This document shows positions 9,592-18,728 of a stretch of DNA of 64,000 bases, one piece after another. The stretch is from assembly GCA_004375895.1 (NCBI GenBank), contig SOJW01000068.1, positions 640 to 64,639 of the forward strand, given 5' to 3'. This DNA is from Candidatus Stahliibacteriota bacterium (GTDB lineage: Bacteria > Hydrothermota > Tepidihabitantia > B3-TA06). The notes under the pieces are model-generated. The model was given only the letters and a program-made list of their open reading frames with translations. It made no database searches and was not told where the DNA came from. The number at the start of each line of letters is the position of its first letter. Position 1 is the first letter of the stretch. The translations under genes and the position numbers were made by a program.

Positions 9592-10806
9592 TCAATTTCC
9601 TCCGCCTGCCCGACCCGTGTTCTGGTTGTCGTGTTGGAACTTAGGCCAGGGGCTTGAGACCAGCCCTTTTGAATCGCTGTGAACCGCGTAAAAACAGCTA
9701 TCCAGTGACCCAACGTATACGGTCCCATCTGAGCCTATCGCTGGCGATGATTTTATCTCGCCGCCGATTTTATATCTCCACTTGCGTTCGCCTTCAGGCG
9801 TAAAAGCGTAAAGGTAACCTACCAGCTGCATGTTACTTAATTTCCTACCCACCCAGTCGTTCACCCCGAAGTATATGGTCCCATCCGAGCCTATGGTTGG
9901 AGTTGTTTCAACATTACCGTAACCAATTTCTTCGTCAAGTCTCCATTTTTCTGTGTAGTCCGAGTTCAGAACGCTGAAATGGTTCCCTCCTAAATATAGT
10001 GTACCGTCAGTATCTATTGCTGGCGAAGTCCACTCAGATGTCCAAACAACATATTGTAAAATGTCAAGCTTAAACTTAAGCTCCCCCTGGGGAGTAAACA
10101 CATAAAAACTACCCCCTTCCGTACAAAAACATATGTTGCCTTCACCATCTATCGCCATGGAAGAAATGGTGGTAGTGGACCACATACCAGGAACTTCAAA
10201 GCTCCATTTAAGATTACCTAGTGTATCTACTGCATAAATCATGTTACTAATACTGACATATAACGTGCCATCTAACCCTATCGCTGGAGGAAACATTGTC
10301 ATCCAACCTTTAATTTGTGATGATTCCCACTTCAGCTCTCCTTCAGGTGTGATTGCATAGAGACGACCACCGGTAGCCGCAACATATACAGTTCCATCAT
10401 GATCAATCGCAGGTGATGATAGTGTATAGTAGGTCTCACATTTCCATTTCAGCTTGCCTTCGGGTGAAATCGCATAGGTATAACCGTCCCACGGGTTGAT
10501 ATATACCGTTCCATCAGCCCCTATGGTAGGTGAAGCGACTATTTGCCCGTCAGTCTTAAAACTCCACTTGAGGTTCCCTTCAGGACTAAAGGCATACAGA
10601 CAACTGTCCATTGAGGTGACGTATACCGTTCCGTCATGTCCGATTGCCGGAGAAGACCTTATCGGGCCCCCGGTCTTGTACTTCCACTTCAGCGTACCCG
10701 GCCCCTCGGTTTTGCATTGAGTGGAGAGAAGTAAAACCACGCTGAAAAGTAAGGTGCTGAGAATCCTCAACTTACCTTTCAGTAACTGATGGTGTCGTCC
10801 ATTCAT
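9592..10806 (-). CDS. PQQ-binding-like beta-propeller protein, probable lipoprotein (paralog A)
   Basis: Repeated SSPAIG.DGTVY...LYA..P.G.LKW units; hydrophobic N-terminus ending TQC. Confidence 0.85.
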   Translation of the reverse strand: MNGRHHQLLKGKLRILSTLLFSVVLLLSTQCKTEGPGTLKWKYKTGGPIRSSPAIGHDGTVYVTSMDSCLYAFSPEGNLKWSFKTDGQIVASPTIGADGTVYINPWDGYTYAISPEGKLKWKCETYYTLSSPAIDHDGTVYVAATGGRLYAITPEGELKWESSQIKGWMTMFPPAIGLDGTLYVSISNMIYAVDTLGNLKWSFEVPGMWSTTTISSMAIDGEGNICFCTEGGSFYVFTPQGELKFKLDILQYVVWTSEWTSPAIDTDGTLYLGGNHFSVLNSDYTEKWRLDEEIGYGNVETTPTIGSDGTIYFGVNDWVGRKLSNMQLVGYLYAFTPEGERKWRYKIGGEIKSSPAIGSDGTVYVGSLDSCFYAVHSDSKGLVSSPWPKFQHDNQNTGRAGGGN

Positions 10807-10808
10807 AA

Positions 10809-11945
10809 TCAATTTCCTCCGCCTGCCCGACCCGTGTTCTGATTATCGTGTTGGAACTTAGGCCACGGGCTATCTGCAAGGCCTTTGGAATCGGAGTGAA
10901 TTGCGTAAAAACAGCTATCCAGTGACCCAACGTATACGGTCCCATCTGAGCCTATCGCTGGCGAACTGAAAATTTCACTATCAATATCTGCTTCCCATCT
11001 CAGAGAACCATCGGCATTTAATGCAATTAACCCTCGATCCTTAGTTCCGATATAAATTGTACCATCTGAACCTACTGCAGGAGATGCAGGAGAAAAAACT
11101 CTTAAAGTGCTATCGATTATATATCGCCATTTCAAATTTCCCGTTGGATTAATCGCCCAGAGGCAGCCATCAGAATTCACATATATTGTTCCATCCGAAC
11201 CTATCACAGGAAACGCCAACTCGTTCGTAAAAACATGTTGAACGTCAAGCTGGGCTTTATGTTCTCCTTGAGGCGTAAGAACGTGAAAACCACCCACATT
11301 CGTACAAAAACATATGTTGCCTTCACTATCTATCGCCAAGGGTGCAGTAGTAGTAGGGCACGTATCAGGAACCTCAAAACTCCACTTAAAATTACCCAGA
11401 GAATCATGGGCGTATACTTTATTAGATCCCCCCGAATACACCGCACCACCTGCCGCTATAACAGGAGGGAAAATATTCAAACTAGTATCCAGGGAAGATT
11501 TCCACTTCAGCTTTCCTTCTGGCGTGATAGCAAAAAGATAAGCATGGATATTCGCAACTAATAGTGTTCTATCATTAGCAATCGCAGGTGATGATACGGA
11601 CTGGGTCTCATATTCCCATTTCAGTTCGCCATCAGGAGTAATAGCATAAGTATAAGCATCCCATGATGAGATGTATACCGTACCATCAGCTCCTATGGAA
11701 GGTGAAGCGTAAATTTTGCCGCTAGTCTGATATTTCCACTTGAGGTCCCCTTCCGGACTAAAGGCATACAAACAACTGTCCATTGAGGTGATGTATACTG
11801 TGCCGTCATGTCCAATTGCAGATGAAGACATAATCGGACCATCAGTTTTGTACTTCCACTTCAGCGTACTCTGCCCCTCGGATTTGCATCCTGAGATAAG
11901 CAAAAGCATTGCACAAAACACTAAGATACGGGGTTTTTTATCCAT
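10809..11945 (-). CDS. PQQ-binding-like beta-propeller lipoprotein (paralog B)
   Basis: Same repeat; lipobox LISGC; C-terminus SPWPKFQHDNQNTGRAGGGN identical to paralog A. Confidence 0.85.
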   Translation of the reverse strand: MDKKPRILVFCAMLLLISGCKSEGQSTLKWKYKTDGPIMSSSAIGHDGTVYITSMDSCLYAFSPEGDLKWKYQTSGKIYASPSIGADGTVYISSWDAYTYAITPDGELKWEYETQSVSSPAIANDRTLLVANIHAYLFAITPEGKLKWKSSLDTSLNIFPPVIAAGGAVYSGGSNKVYAHDSLGNFKWSFEVPDTCPTTTAPLAIDSEGNICFCTNVGGFHVLTPQGEHKAQLDVQHVFTNELAFPVIGSDGTIYVNSDGCLWAINPTGNLKWRYIIDSTLRVFSPASPAVGSDGTIYIGTKDRGLIALNADGSLRWEADIDSEIFSSPAIGSDGTVYVGSLDSCFYAIHSDSKGLADSPWPKFQHDNQNTGRAGGGN

Positions 11946-11975
11946 TATCGACTCTCCTTTCCGAAGTGTAGCTCT

Positions 11976-12140
11976 TCACCCTCCCCCTTATCCCCTGCCC
12001 GACAGGGGCACGCTGTCCCGTCGAGGGAGGGGTGAAATTAAGGAAGCTTTTAGTCCTTGAACTAAAAGCCAACCGCCCCAATATCTCCCCCTTGATGGGG
12101 GAGAACGCCTCTCCGTAAGGAGAGGTAAGAGGGGGTGGAA
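11976..12140. repeat. C/G-run REP-like palindrome cluster (family also near 17841-17880, 26521-26575, 52188-52235, 53728-53770, 61741-61830, 62085-62125, 63085-63345)
   Basis: Recurring CCCCCTTGACGGGGGAGG..GGGGGTGA and TCACCCTCCCCC..TCCCC..AAGGGAGGGG motifs in intergenic gaps. Confidence 0.7.
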
Positions 12141-12166
12141 TGAAAAATCTTACCATCTCAAATATC

Positions 12167-15100
12167 CTATACTCCACAGCACCCGATTATATCGTCCTCT
12201 TCCCACATCAGCTGCTCGAAGGCGGACACCAGGTCCTGGTTGGTGAATCCGGCAAGGTCAATGGAGTTTGACCTGCAGGAGGCGGCGCATCCGCCGCAGC
12301 CCTTGCACAAAGCGGCATTTACCGCAGCGACCTTCTTTTCAATACCGAGAACACGCTTCTCTGCCAGTTCGATTGCTCCGTACGGACAGACCTCCACGCA
12401 GTAGCCGCAGCCGATGCAGGTTCGCTCGTTGGTCAGGGCTATCTTGCCCTCGGCCTCGATGTGGTCTTTATTGAGGATAAGTACCGCTCTTGCGGCAGTT
12501 GCCGCAGCCTGCGCGATCGCCTCATCGGTGAACTTGGGCGCGTGGGCCAGACCACAAAGGTAGACACCGTCGGTGGCGAAATCTACAGGGCGGAGCTTCA
12601 TGTGCGCCTCGAGGAAGAATCCGTCCTCGTTGAGAGGCACCTTGTAGTGCTGGGCCAGGACTTTATTGGAATCGGCTTCGGCCACGATGCCGGTGGAGAG
12701 GGCTACGATATCTGGGGAGAATTCTACTTCACGTCCGATGAGTTCGTCCATTATTCGTACAGTTATTGTCCCGTTTTTGTCCACTATTTGGGGCTCTTTT
12801 TCCTGGTCAAATCTCATGAATAACACACCCTTCTGCCGCGCCTCTTCGTACGCAAGCTCTTTAAGTCCGTAGGTTCGCAGGTCCCGAAACATGATGATGA
12901 CCTCGGTATCAGGCGAGGTTTCTTTTATGGTCAAGGCGTTCTTCACGGCCTCGGTGCAGCACACACGAGAGCAGTAAGGATGCTCGTCATTGCGCGAGCC
13001 AACGCACTGGATCATCACCACGGTTTTGGCGTTGAAGTTACCTTTGTGCAGGGATTCCTCCAACTCCCGCTGGGTGATGATCAGCGGATCGCCAGACAAA
13101 TATTCATCAGGTTTGGGTTGGTATTCAACCGCTCCGGTGGCGATGATGGTCGCGCCGTGCTCGATCACTTCACCGTTGGACAGGGTCGTTTTGAAGCTTC
13201 CTACAAATCCTTCTACAGACTGAACTTCGGTGTCCTTGTATACAGTGATATTGGAATCTTCCTCGACTTGTGCAATAAGTTCGGCAAGGAAAACCTGAGC
13301 GTCTTCACCCCAAAGGGTCTTGGTCAAATGAGTCAGATTTCCGCCCAGCTGGTCGGATTTTTCGATGAGAACCGTCTCAAATCCTGCCTGTGAGATGGTT
13401 TTTGCCGCAGTCATGCCTGCCACTCCCCCGCCGATCACCAACGCGCGCTTGGTAACGGGAAGTTCGATATTGGGAAGCGCCTTAAGTCTCGCTGCCTTGG
13501 CCACCGCCATGCGCACCAGGTCCTTGGCCTTGGCTGTAGCTTTTTCCGGCTCGTGCATGTGCACCCAGGAGTCCTGATCGCGGATGTTCGCCATCTCAAA
13601 CAGATACTTGTTCAGTCCGGCTTCGCGGATGGTGGACTGAAACAGCGGCTCGTGCGTCCTCGGCGTGCAAGCAGAGACAACCACGCGGTTTAGACGGAAG
13701 TTATTGATAATTTCTTTGATCTTCTCCTGGGTGTCCGAGGAGCAGGTGTAGAGGTTTTCGGTGGCAAACACCACGTTGGGCAGGGTCTTTGCGTATTCTA
13801 CAACCTCAGGCACGTTGACCACCAAGCCAATGTTGATGCCGCAGTGGCAGACAAACACACCGATGCGTGGCGGCTCGGTGAAGACGTCGCGCTCAAGAGG
13901 CAGGTCCTTGGCCTTGACCTCGGTGTTGCGCGCTTCTCCTAAAAGCCCCTGCACCATACCAACAGCACCCGATGCCTGAGCCACGCTCTCCGGGATATCC
14001 TTGGGTGCCGAAGCCGCACCTGCGACGAATACCCCGTAGCGGGTAGTAAGCATGGGCGCAAAGGTGGAGGTTTTCACGAAACCCTGCTCATCAAGCTCTA
14101 TACCTAACGCACTAGCAAATTGAGGTGAAGACCGAGGGGGTTCTAACCCCACGGAGAGCACCACCAGATCGAAGGTTTCGGTAGCAAGTTTACCGTCATC
14201 GGTCTCGTAAGTTAAAGAGACTTCTTTGGTTACAGGATCTTCTACCATCTTGGCCACCCTTCCCCGAACGTAGCGGACGCCAAACTGCTCCTGGGCGCGT
14301 TCGATATACTTGTCAAAATCCTTGCCGTAGGCACGGATATCCATGTAGAAGATGGTTTTCTGCATCTGGGGCGCGTGCTCTGCGGCGATAATCGCCTCCT
14401 TGGTGGCGTACATGCAGCAGACAGACGAGCAGTAGGGCCGGTTGATATGCCTGTCGCGGCTGCCCACACACTGGATCCAGGCGACTTTTCCGACCTCCTT
14501 GCCGTCCGAAGGTCGCAGGATATGCCCGGCAGTTGGACCGGATGAGGACATAAATCGTTCAAACTCGATGCTTGTAAGAACGTTCGGGTAGCGTCCGTAG
14601 CCGTATTCGCTTAACCGTTTGGCATCGAACTCATCGAATCCGGGAGCAAGAAGCACCGCGCCGACTTCGATCTCGGTCTCATTATCTTTATCATTATACC
14701 GCACCGCGTCGGGCGGACAGATATTGGCACAAAGCCCGCAGCCAATGCACTTATCCTTGTCAATGGCATACGCCAGGGGCACGGCCTGAGGATAGCTGAT
14801 GTAGGCGGCGCGGCGCTCGGAGAGTCCCTCGTTGTAGGAGTCTATGGCAGATACCGGACAGTGCACAGCGCAAAGATTACAGGCGGTGCAGGCTTCGATA
14901 TCGATGTAACGCGCGTGCTTGCGCAGCTTGGCTATGAAATTCCCGGCTTTGCCGTCAAGGGCGACCAGTTCGGTGTTGGTGATGATGTTGATGTTGAGAT
15001 GACGACCGGTATCCACCAGCTTTGGTGAGAGGATGCACATGGAACAGTCGTTGGTTGGAAAGGTTTTGTCCAGCTGGGCCATGACCCCGCCGATGGTGGG

Positions 15101-15205
15101 TTTTGAATCCACAAGATAGGCCTTTATGCCGCCGTCGGCCAGGTCGAGCGCGGCCTGGATGCCTGCTATTCCGCCGCCGATCACTAATGTAGCACCTTTA
15201 CCCAT
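12167..15205 (-). CDS. hdrA: Heterodisulfide reductase subunit A-like flavoprotein, 1012 aa, two FAD modules
   Basis: VIGGGIAG, MAQLDKTFPTNDCSMCI, IQCVGSR..CSSVCC, GVFVCHCGINI, SACTPRTHE, second VIGGGVAG and QCVGSR, ferredoxin CxxCxxCxxxC motifs. Confidence 0.93.
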   Translation of the reverse strand: MGKGATLVIGGGIAGIQAALDLADGGIKAYLVDSKPTIGGVMAQLDKTFPTNDCSMCILSPKLVDTGRHLNINIITNTELVALDGKAGNFIAKLRKHARYIDIEACTACNLCAVHCPVSAIDSYNEGLSERRAAYISYPQAVPLAYAIDKDKCIGCGLCANICPPDAVRYNDKDNETEIEVGAVLLAPGFDEFDAKRLSEYGYGRYPNVLTSIEFERFMSSSGPTAGHILRPSDGKEVGKVAWIQCVGSRDRHINRPYCSSVCCMYATKEAIIAAEHAPQMQKTIFYMDIRAYGKDFDKYIERAQEQFGVRYVRGRVAKMVEDPVTKEVSLTYETDDGKLATETFDLVVLSVGLEPPRSSPQFASALGIELDEQGFVKTSTFAPMLTTRYGVFVAGAASAPKDIPESVAQASGAVGMVQGLLGEARNTEVKAKDLPLERDVFTEPPRIGVFVCHCGINIGLVVNVPEVVEYAKTLPNVVFATENLYTCSSDTQEKIKEIINNFRLNRVVVSACTPRTHEPLFQSTIREAGLNKYLFEMANIRDQDSWVHMHEPEKATAKAKDLVRMAVAKAARLKALPNIELPVTKRALVIGGGVAGMTAAKTISQAGFETVLIEKSDQLGGNLTHLTKTLWGEDAQVFLAELIAQVEEDSNITVYKDTEVQSVEGFVGSFKTTLSNGEVIEHGATIIATGAVEYQPKPDEYLSGDPLIITQRELEESLHKGNFNAKTVVMIQCVGSRNDEHPYCSRVCCTEAVKNALTIKETSPDTEVIIMFRDLRTYGLKELAYEEARQKGVLFMRFDQEKEPQIVDKNGTITVRIMDELIGREVEFSPDIVALSTGIVAEADSNKVLAQHYKVPLNEDGFFLEAHMKLRPVDFATDGVYLCGLAHAPKFTDEAIAQAAATAARAVLILNKDHIEAEGKIALTNERTCIGCGYCVEVCPYGAIELAEKRVLGIEKKVAAVNAALCKGCGGCAASCRSNSIDLAGFTNQDLVSAFEQLMWEEDDIIGCCGV

Positions 15206-15239
15206 CTATGACCTCCATGTTCAAGAAACGCCGCAGCAT

Positions 15240-15286
15240 GTAGCGCGAGACTTTAGTCTCGCAGCGGAGCTAAAGCTCCGCACTAC
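15240..15286. repeat. Inverted doublet of GTAG-headed REP hairpins (REPIN-like)
   Basis: GTAG-CGCGAGACT-TT-AGTCTCGC followed by CGGAGCT-AA-AGCTCCGCA-CTAC. Confidence 0.75.
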
Positions 15287-15302
15287 GTTGATTAATGATA
15301 CC

Positions 15303-15369
15303 GTAGGGGCACGGCAGAGCCTGCCCCTTGAGCGATTCGTGCCGCTCATAGGGCATGCCGTGCCCCTAC
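15303..15369. repeat. Second GTAG...CTAC inverted REP doublet
   Basis: GTAGGGGCACGGCA...TGCCGTGCCCCTAC terminal inverted repeat. Confidence 0.75.
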
Positions 15370-15380
15370 CTTTATATGTA

Positions 15381-15410
15381 AATCTGCGCTAATCTGCGTC
15401 ATCTGCGGTT
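15381..15410. repeat. AATCTGCG short tandem repeat (reverse copies at 52321-52347 and 61921-61966; single units near 53771, 63339)
   Basis: AATCTGCGCT AATCTGCGTC ATCTGCGGTT directly after gene ends. Confidence 0.65.
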
Positions 15411-15433
15411 TATTCGACATTTCGGACAACCTC

Positions 15434-16249
15434 CTACCCATCTACTACCTCCACGTACAAGGGACGCTCTTTTCTTATCTTATCGAGACGTGCCCTGGTT
15501 TCGCGCTCAAGCTCAACGATCAACTCGAACACCCGGTGGGCTGGGATTCCTGTTGCCTCAGCAACGTCAACTGCGGAACAAGGCTCTTTAAGATTTTCCA
15601 GAATCAGCCCCTTCTCGTACTCCTCTCGAAGTATATGCTTAATCATTGTATCGTAGTCTTGCGGATCGAGCTTCTCATCGAACACGTTGCCCTTGCGCAC
15701 AAGCTCCAGCTCCTTGGAAAGAAGCCAGCGCACCGGCTCAGACGTGCATACACGTTTCATTGCGGCGACCCGTAACACAAGCTCCGGCCTGCCAAGTGCT
15801 TGAGACGATAATGTTCCAAATTCCTTTAACTTTTCCTCAAACCCGTTGATAGCCTGGGCAAGCCCGAACGCGTAGGTTGTATCGGCATGATAGAAGGCGA
15901 CGCGGTCACGGCGCAGACCGGCGATCTCCAATAAATCGGCAAGATGGTTGATACGGGCCAGGGCATGATGGTTGCCTGGTTCGTAGTGGCAGTCACCCAG
16001 AGGACACAGGGCGAAGAACAGGCCATCGGCACCCTTTGTCAGCGCCTGGACCCCATCTGCAAGGTCGAACCTGGCAGAGCAGCGCAAATTGATAAAGGCG
16101 ATGTCGGCAGGGTAGGACATACGCTGCATACCGGCGTAATCAAGCGCAAACCCGGCCCAGTCGCAGGTGAAGCCTAATATCTTAGGAACATGCTCAGATT
16201 CTCCAGAACTTGCTGATTGGGGATGAGTTGTGTGTGTTACGGGCTTCAT
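15434..16249 (-). CDS. MvhD-like [2Fe-2S] protein with C-terminal extension ending in a winged-helix-like segment
   Basis: KILGFTCDW, LRCSARF, LCPLGDCHYEPGN; C-terminal SAVDVAEATGIPAHRVFELIVELE. Confidence 0.8.
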   Translation of the reverse strand: MKPVTHTTHPQSASSGESEHVPKILGFTCDWAGFALDYAGMQRMSYPADIAFINLRCSARFDLADGVQALTKGADGLFFALCPLGDCHYEPGNHHALARINHLADLLEIAGLRRDRVAFYHADTTYAFGLAQAINGFEEKLKEFGTLSSQALGRPELVLRVAAMKRVCTSEPVRWLLSKELELVRKGNVFDEKLDPQDYDTMIKHILREEYEKGLILENLKEPCSAVDVAEATGIPAHRVFELIVELERETRARLDKIRKERPLYVEVVDG

Positions 16250-17835
16250 GATGTCTCACCCCAAGCTCGTATCTGAGCTTTAATAGTATCTCTGGACTTG
16301 ACTGGATCAGAGATGGCGAACACCGGGCATCCGGCGATGCACAAACCACATAACGTGCAGAATCTTGGCGACATACGCGCTTTATGACCGGTATCGGTCC
16401 GCTCTAAGATAGGCGCTCCGTAAGGACATACTGCGGCACAGTAGCCGCATCCGATGCAGACTTCTTCATCGATTTGTGCACCAGGCAGTCGCTTGGGTTT
16501 CGTATCGAATAACGCCTTGATACGGGCGGCCACAACGAACGCGTGGTTTATGGTTTCCTCCATGGGCATAGGCGTGTGCGCACCGCCCACAACGAAGATA
16601 CCAGGATGCACCACGTCCCGGGGTCGTATCCGGTAGCGGCGCTGGGCAAGGTAACCGTTCGTATCCTGTGGAATCCTGAGGGCTTGTGCGAGATTCTCAG
16701 AAAGGTTGCCCACCAGTTTTCCCAGCTTCACGTGCGCACCCTTCCAACCCGTAACACCCGTAACACCCGTACCCCTACGGGGCATTTTCACTATTACTCG
16801 GAGCTTGCACTCAGGTCGCAAGGACATAACACCCGTAACACCCGTAACACCCGTAACACCACCTGGGATACTCCCTCTGATGATTTCGATGTTATGTTTT
16901 TCCGCACCCTCCTTGAACCCTTCGGGAAGAACCACAGATTCAGGCATAAAGAAAACGATTCGCTCCTCCGGCTTTTCGTGCCGCAGCATCACCGCATCCC
17001 AAAAAGCGGTTTCCAGAAGGAACGGATGTACCCCTTCCTTGACCTCGAACGCCAGCGGACCGCGGAACTTACCCCTATCGCGCCACCGGTACTCGAACTC
17101 GAAAAGATTGCCTCCGACCTCACGCACGCCGGTGGCAACAACAATCGCTCCCACCTCCTCTTCGGCATCATTGGAAAGCTTTACTTCGTAGCCGTGCAGC
17201 GATTCTTCAAGGTTTACAAGCTCTGTTTCCTGATAAACCGTTACGTGAAGTTTGTCCTGTAACCCATCGTAAAGTCGATGCAAAAGCTTTTCGGAATCCT
17301 CGCCAGAGGGCCAGACCGTGCGGGTTCTGCGCAGGGTTCCGCCTAAGCGATTGGATTTTTCAATAAGAACAACGTCTATACCTTGCTCAGCTAAAGCACG
17401 CGAACACGCCAGCCCGGCAGGACCGGCACCGATGATTAGTACACGTTCCAAGAGGTCGAGATCCCATTCGGTAAGATGCTCTCTGGTTACGAGCTCTGCC
17501 AACCCCATAGAAAGGAGTCTTTGGGCCTTAAGTGTAGCTTCGGACTTGTTATCATGAACCCAGGCGCAGCGCTCGCGCAGGTTTACGAGCTGGTAGGGAT
17601 TACCTCCGGCCAGGAATTTGAAGATGCTCCCGTGGGTTCTCTCGTCGCACGCGCCGAAGAGGAGGGCTCCTTCGACACCATTGAGATGCTCACGGGCCGC
17701 GCCGTCGCCTAGTTGGGCAAGTGTCTCTACTGATTGGACTTGTGCGAGAGAGTTAAAGTGTTTCTTTAACTTCTCAAGGTCAATCTTTTGGGAGATTTCG
17801 CACCCTTGGCACAAGAAAATTTTAACCTTTTCCAT
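16246..17835 (-). CDS. Divergent HdrA-like flavoprotein (530 aa) carrying an in-frame repeat insertion
   Basis: FLCQGC, GACDERTHG, VNLRERCAWVH, IIGAGPAG, GIFVVGG, CIGCGYCAAVCPY, CTLCGLCIAGCP; lacks QCVGSR..CC motif. Confidence 0.8.
   Translation of the reverse strand: MEKVKIFLCQGCEISQKIDLEKLKKHFNSLAQVQSVETLAQLGDGAAREHLNGVEGALLFGACDERTHGSIFKFLAGGNPYQLVNLRERCAWVHDNKSEATLKAQRLLSMGLAELVTREHLTEWDLDLLERVLIIGAGPAGLACSRALAEQGIDVVLIEKSNRLGGTLRRTRTVWPSGEDSEKLLHRLYDGLQDKLHVTVYQETELVNLEESLHGYEVKLSNDAEEEVGAIVVATGVREVGGNLFEFEYRWRDRGKFRGPLAFEVKEGVHPFLLETAFWDAVMLRHEKPEERIVFFMPESVVLPEGFKEGAEKHNIEIIRGSIPGGVTGVTGVTGVMSLRPECKLRVIVKMPRRGTGVTGVTGWKGAHVKLGKLVGNLSENLAQALRIPQDTNGYLAQRRYRIRPRDVVHPGIFVVGGAHTPMPMEETINHAFVVAARIKALFDTKPKRLPGAQIDEEVCIGCGYCAAVCPYGAPILERTDTGHKARMSPRFCTLCGLCIAGCPVFAISDPVKSRDTIKAQIRAWGETS
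16748..16859 (+). repeat. 112-bp (CCCGTAACA)n-flanked element, copy 1, inside the HdrA-like gene
   Basis: 101/112 identical to 50128-50239 by manual alignment. Confidence 0.9.
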
Positions 17836-17947
17836 CACCTCCCCCTTGACGGGGGAGGACTAAGGTGGGGGTCACCCTCTATTATTATTGTTGAGGTTTG
17901 AGCGAACTTAAAGGGTCGCACTACATGGAGAGGTGTGTTACGGGTCA

Positions 17948-18637
17948 TCACTTCTCCCCCACTTTCGACTCTGATTCCAGATTCATTTCTCCGCAGATCG
18001 AACAGTCGGGAGCCTCGTAATCGTATGGATGTTTATGGACACCAGGCATGGGCTTGGAAACGTCCTTGAGGGTTATCGCCGCCGTAGGACAGATGTAGAC
18101 GCAGGTGCCGCAGCCGATACAGCGTTCGGAAAGCCGCTCGATGGGCGGACCCACGTGGCGCTCGGTGCCGCGATCTATGAACCCGATGGCTGAAGCACCG
18201 ATGATCTCATGGCAGGCACGCACGCAAAGCCCGCAGAGTATGCACTTATCGTTTAAGACCAGGGGATAGCGGGATTTCTCGATACCATATTCACGGGCCA
18301 GTTTCTGGATAAGCGAAGCGTCAGGAGCACGGGCAAGAAGAAGCTCAAGCACCGCCTTGCGGTTGCGGATCACCCGCTCGGTCGAGGTTTTGACCTCGAT
18401 ATCGGGAGCAACTTCATAAATACAAGAAGTTACTAGCTTTGTGCGGCGTCCTGTTGTAACCTCCACAAGACATAACCGGCAGGCAGCGTAAGGTTCAAGC
18501 GCTTCGTGATAACAGAGAGTGGGGATATCAAACCCCTCACGCCGGGCCACCTCGAGGATTGTCTCTCCTTTATAACCAACCACTTCCCTGCCGTCTATGG
18601 TAAATTTGGCCTGACCTTCCCAGTCTGCGTGACTCAC
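17948..18637 (-). CDS. NuoG/HydA N-terminal-like Fe-S protein without catalytic domain
   Basis: IPTLCYH..ACRLCLVEV..LVTSC [2Fe-2S], CILCGLCVRAC, CIGCGTCVYICP; ends after ferredoxin domain. Confidence 0.88.
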   Translation of the reverse strand: MSHADWEGQAKFTIDGREVVGYKGETILEVARREGFDIPTLCYHEALEPYAACRLCLVEVTTGRRTKLVTSCIYEVAPDIEVKTSTERVIRNRKAVLELLLARAPDASLIQKLAREYGIEKSRYPLVLNDKCILCGLCVRACHEIIGASAIGFIDRGTERHVGPPIERLSERCIGCGTCVYICPTAAITLKDVSKPMPGVHKHPYDYEAPDCSICGEMNLESESKVGEK

Positions 18638-18728
18638 AACACTATCTCTCCATCATTACAGATTCCAGCATTATCCAGACGATCTAAAACATATACGGAC
18701 AGTCCAAAAGGTGTGTTACGGGCGTGGT

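Noticed and set aside
9158-15205. Selenocysteine recoding in HdrA, MvhD or the hydrogenase
   Set aside because: ORFs are uninterrupted and the expected positions are Cys.
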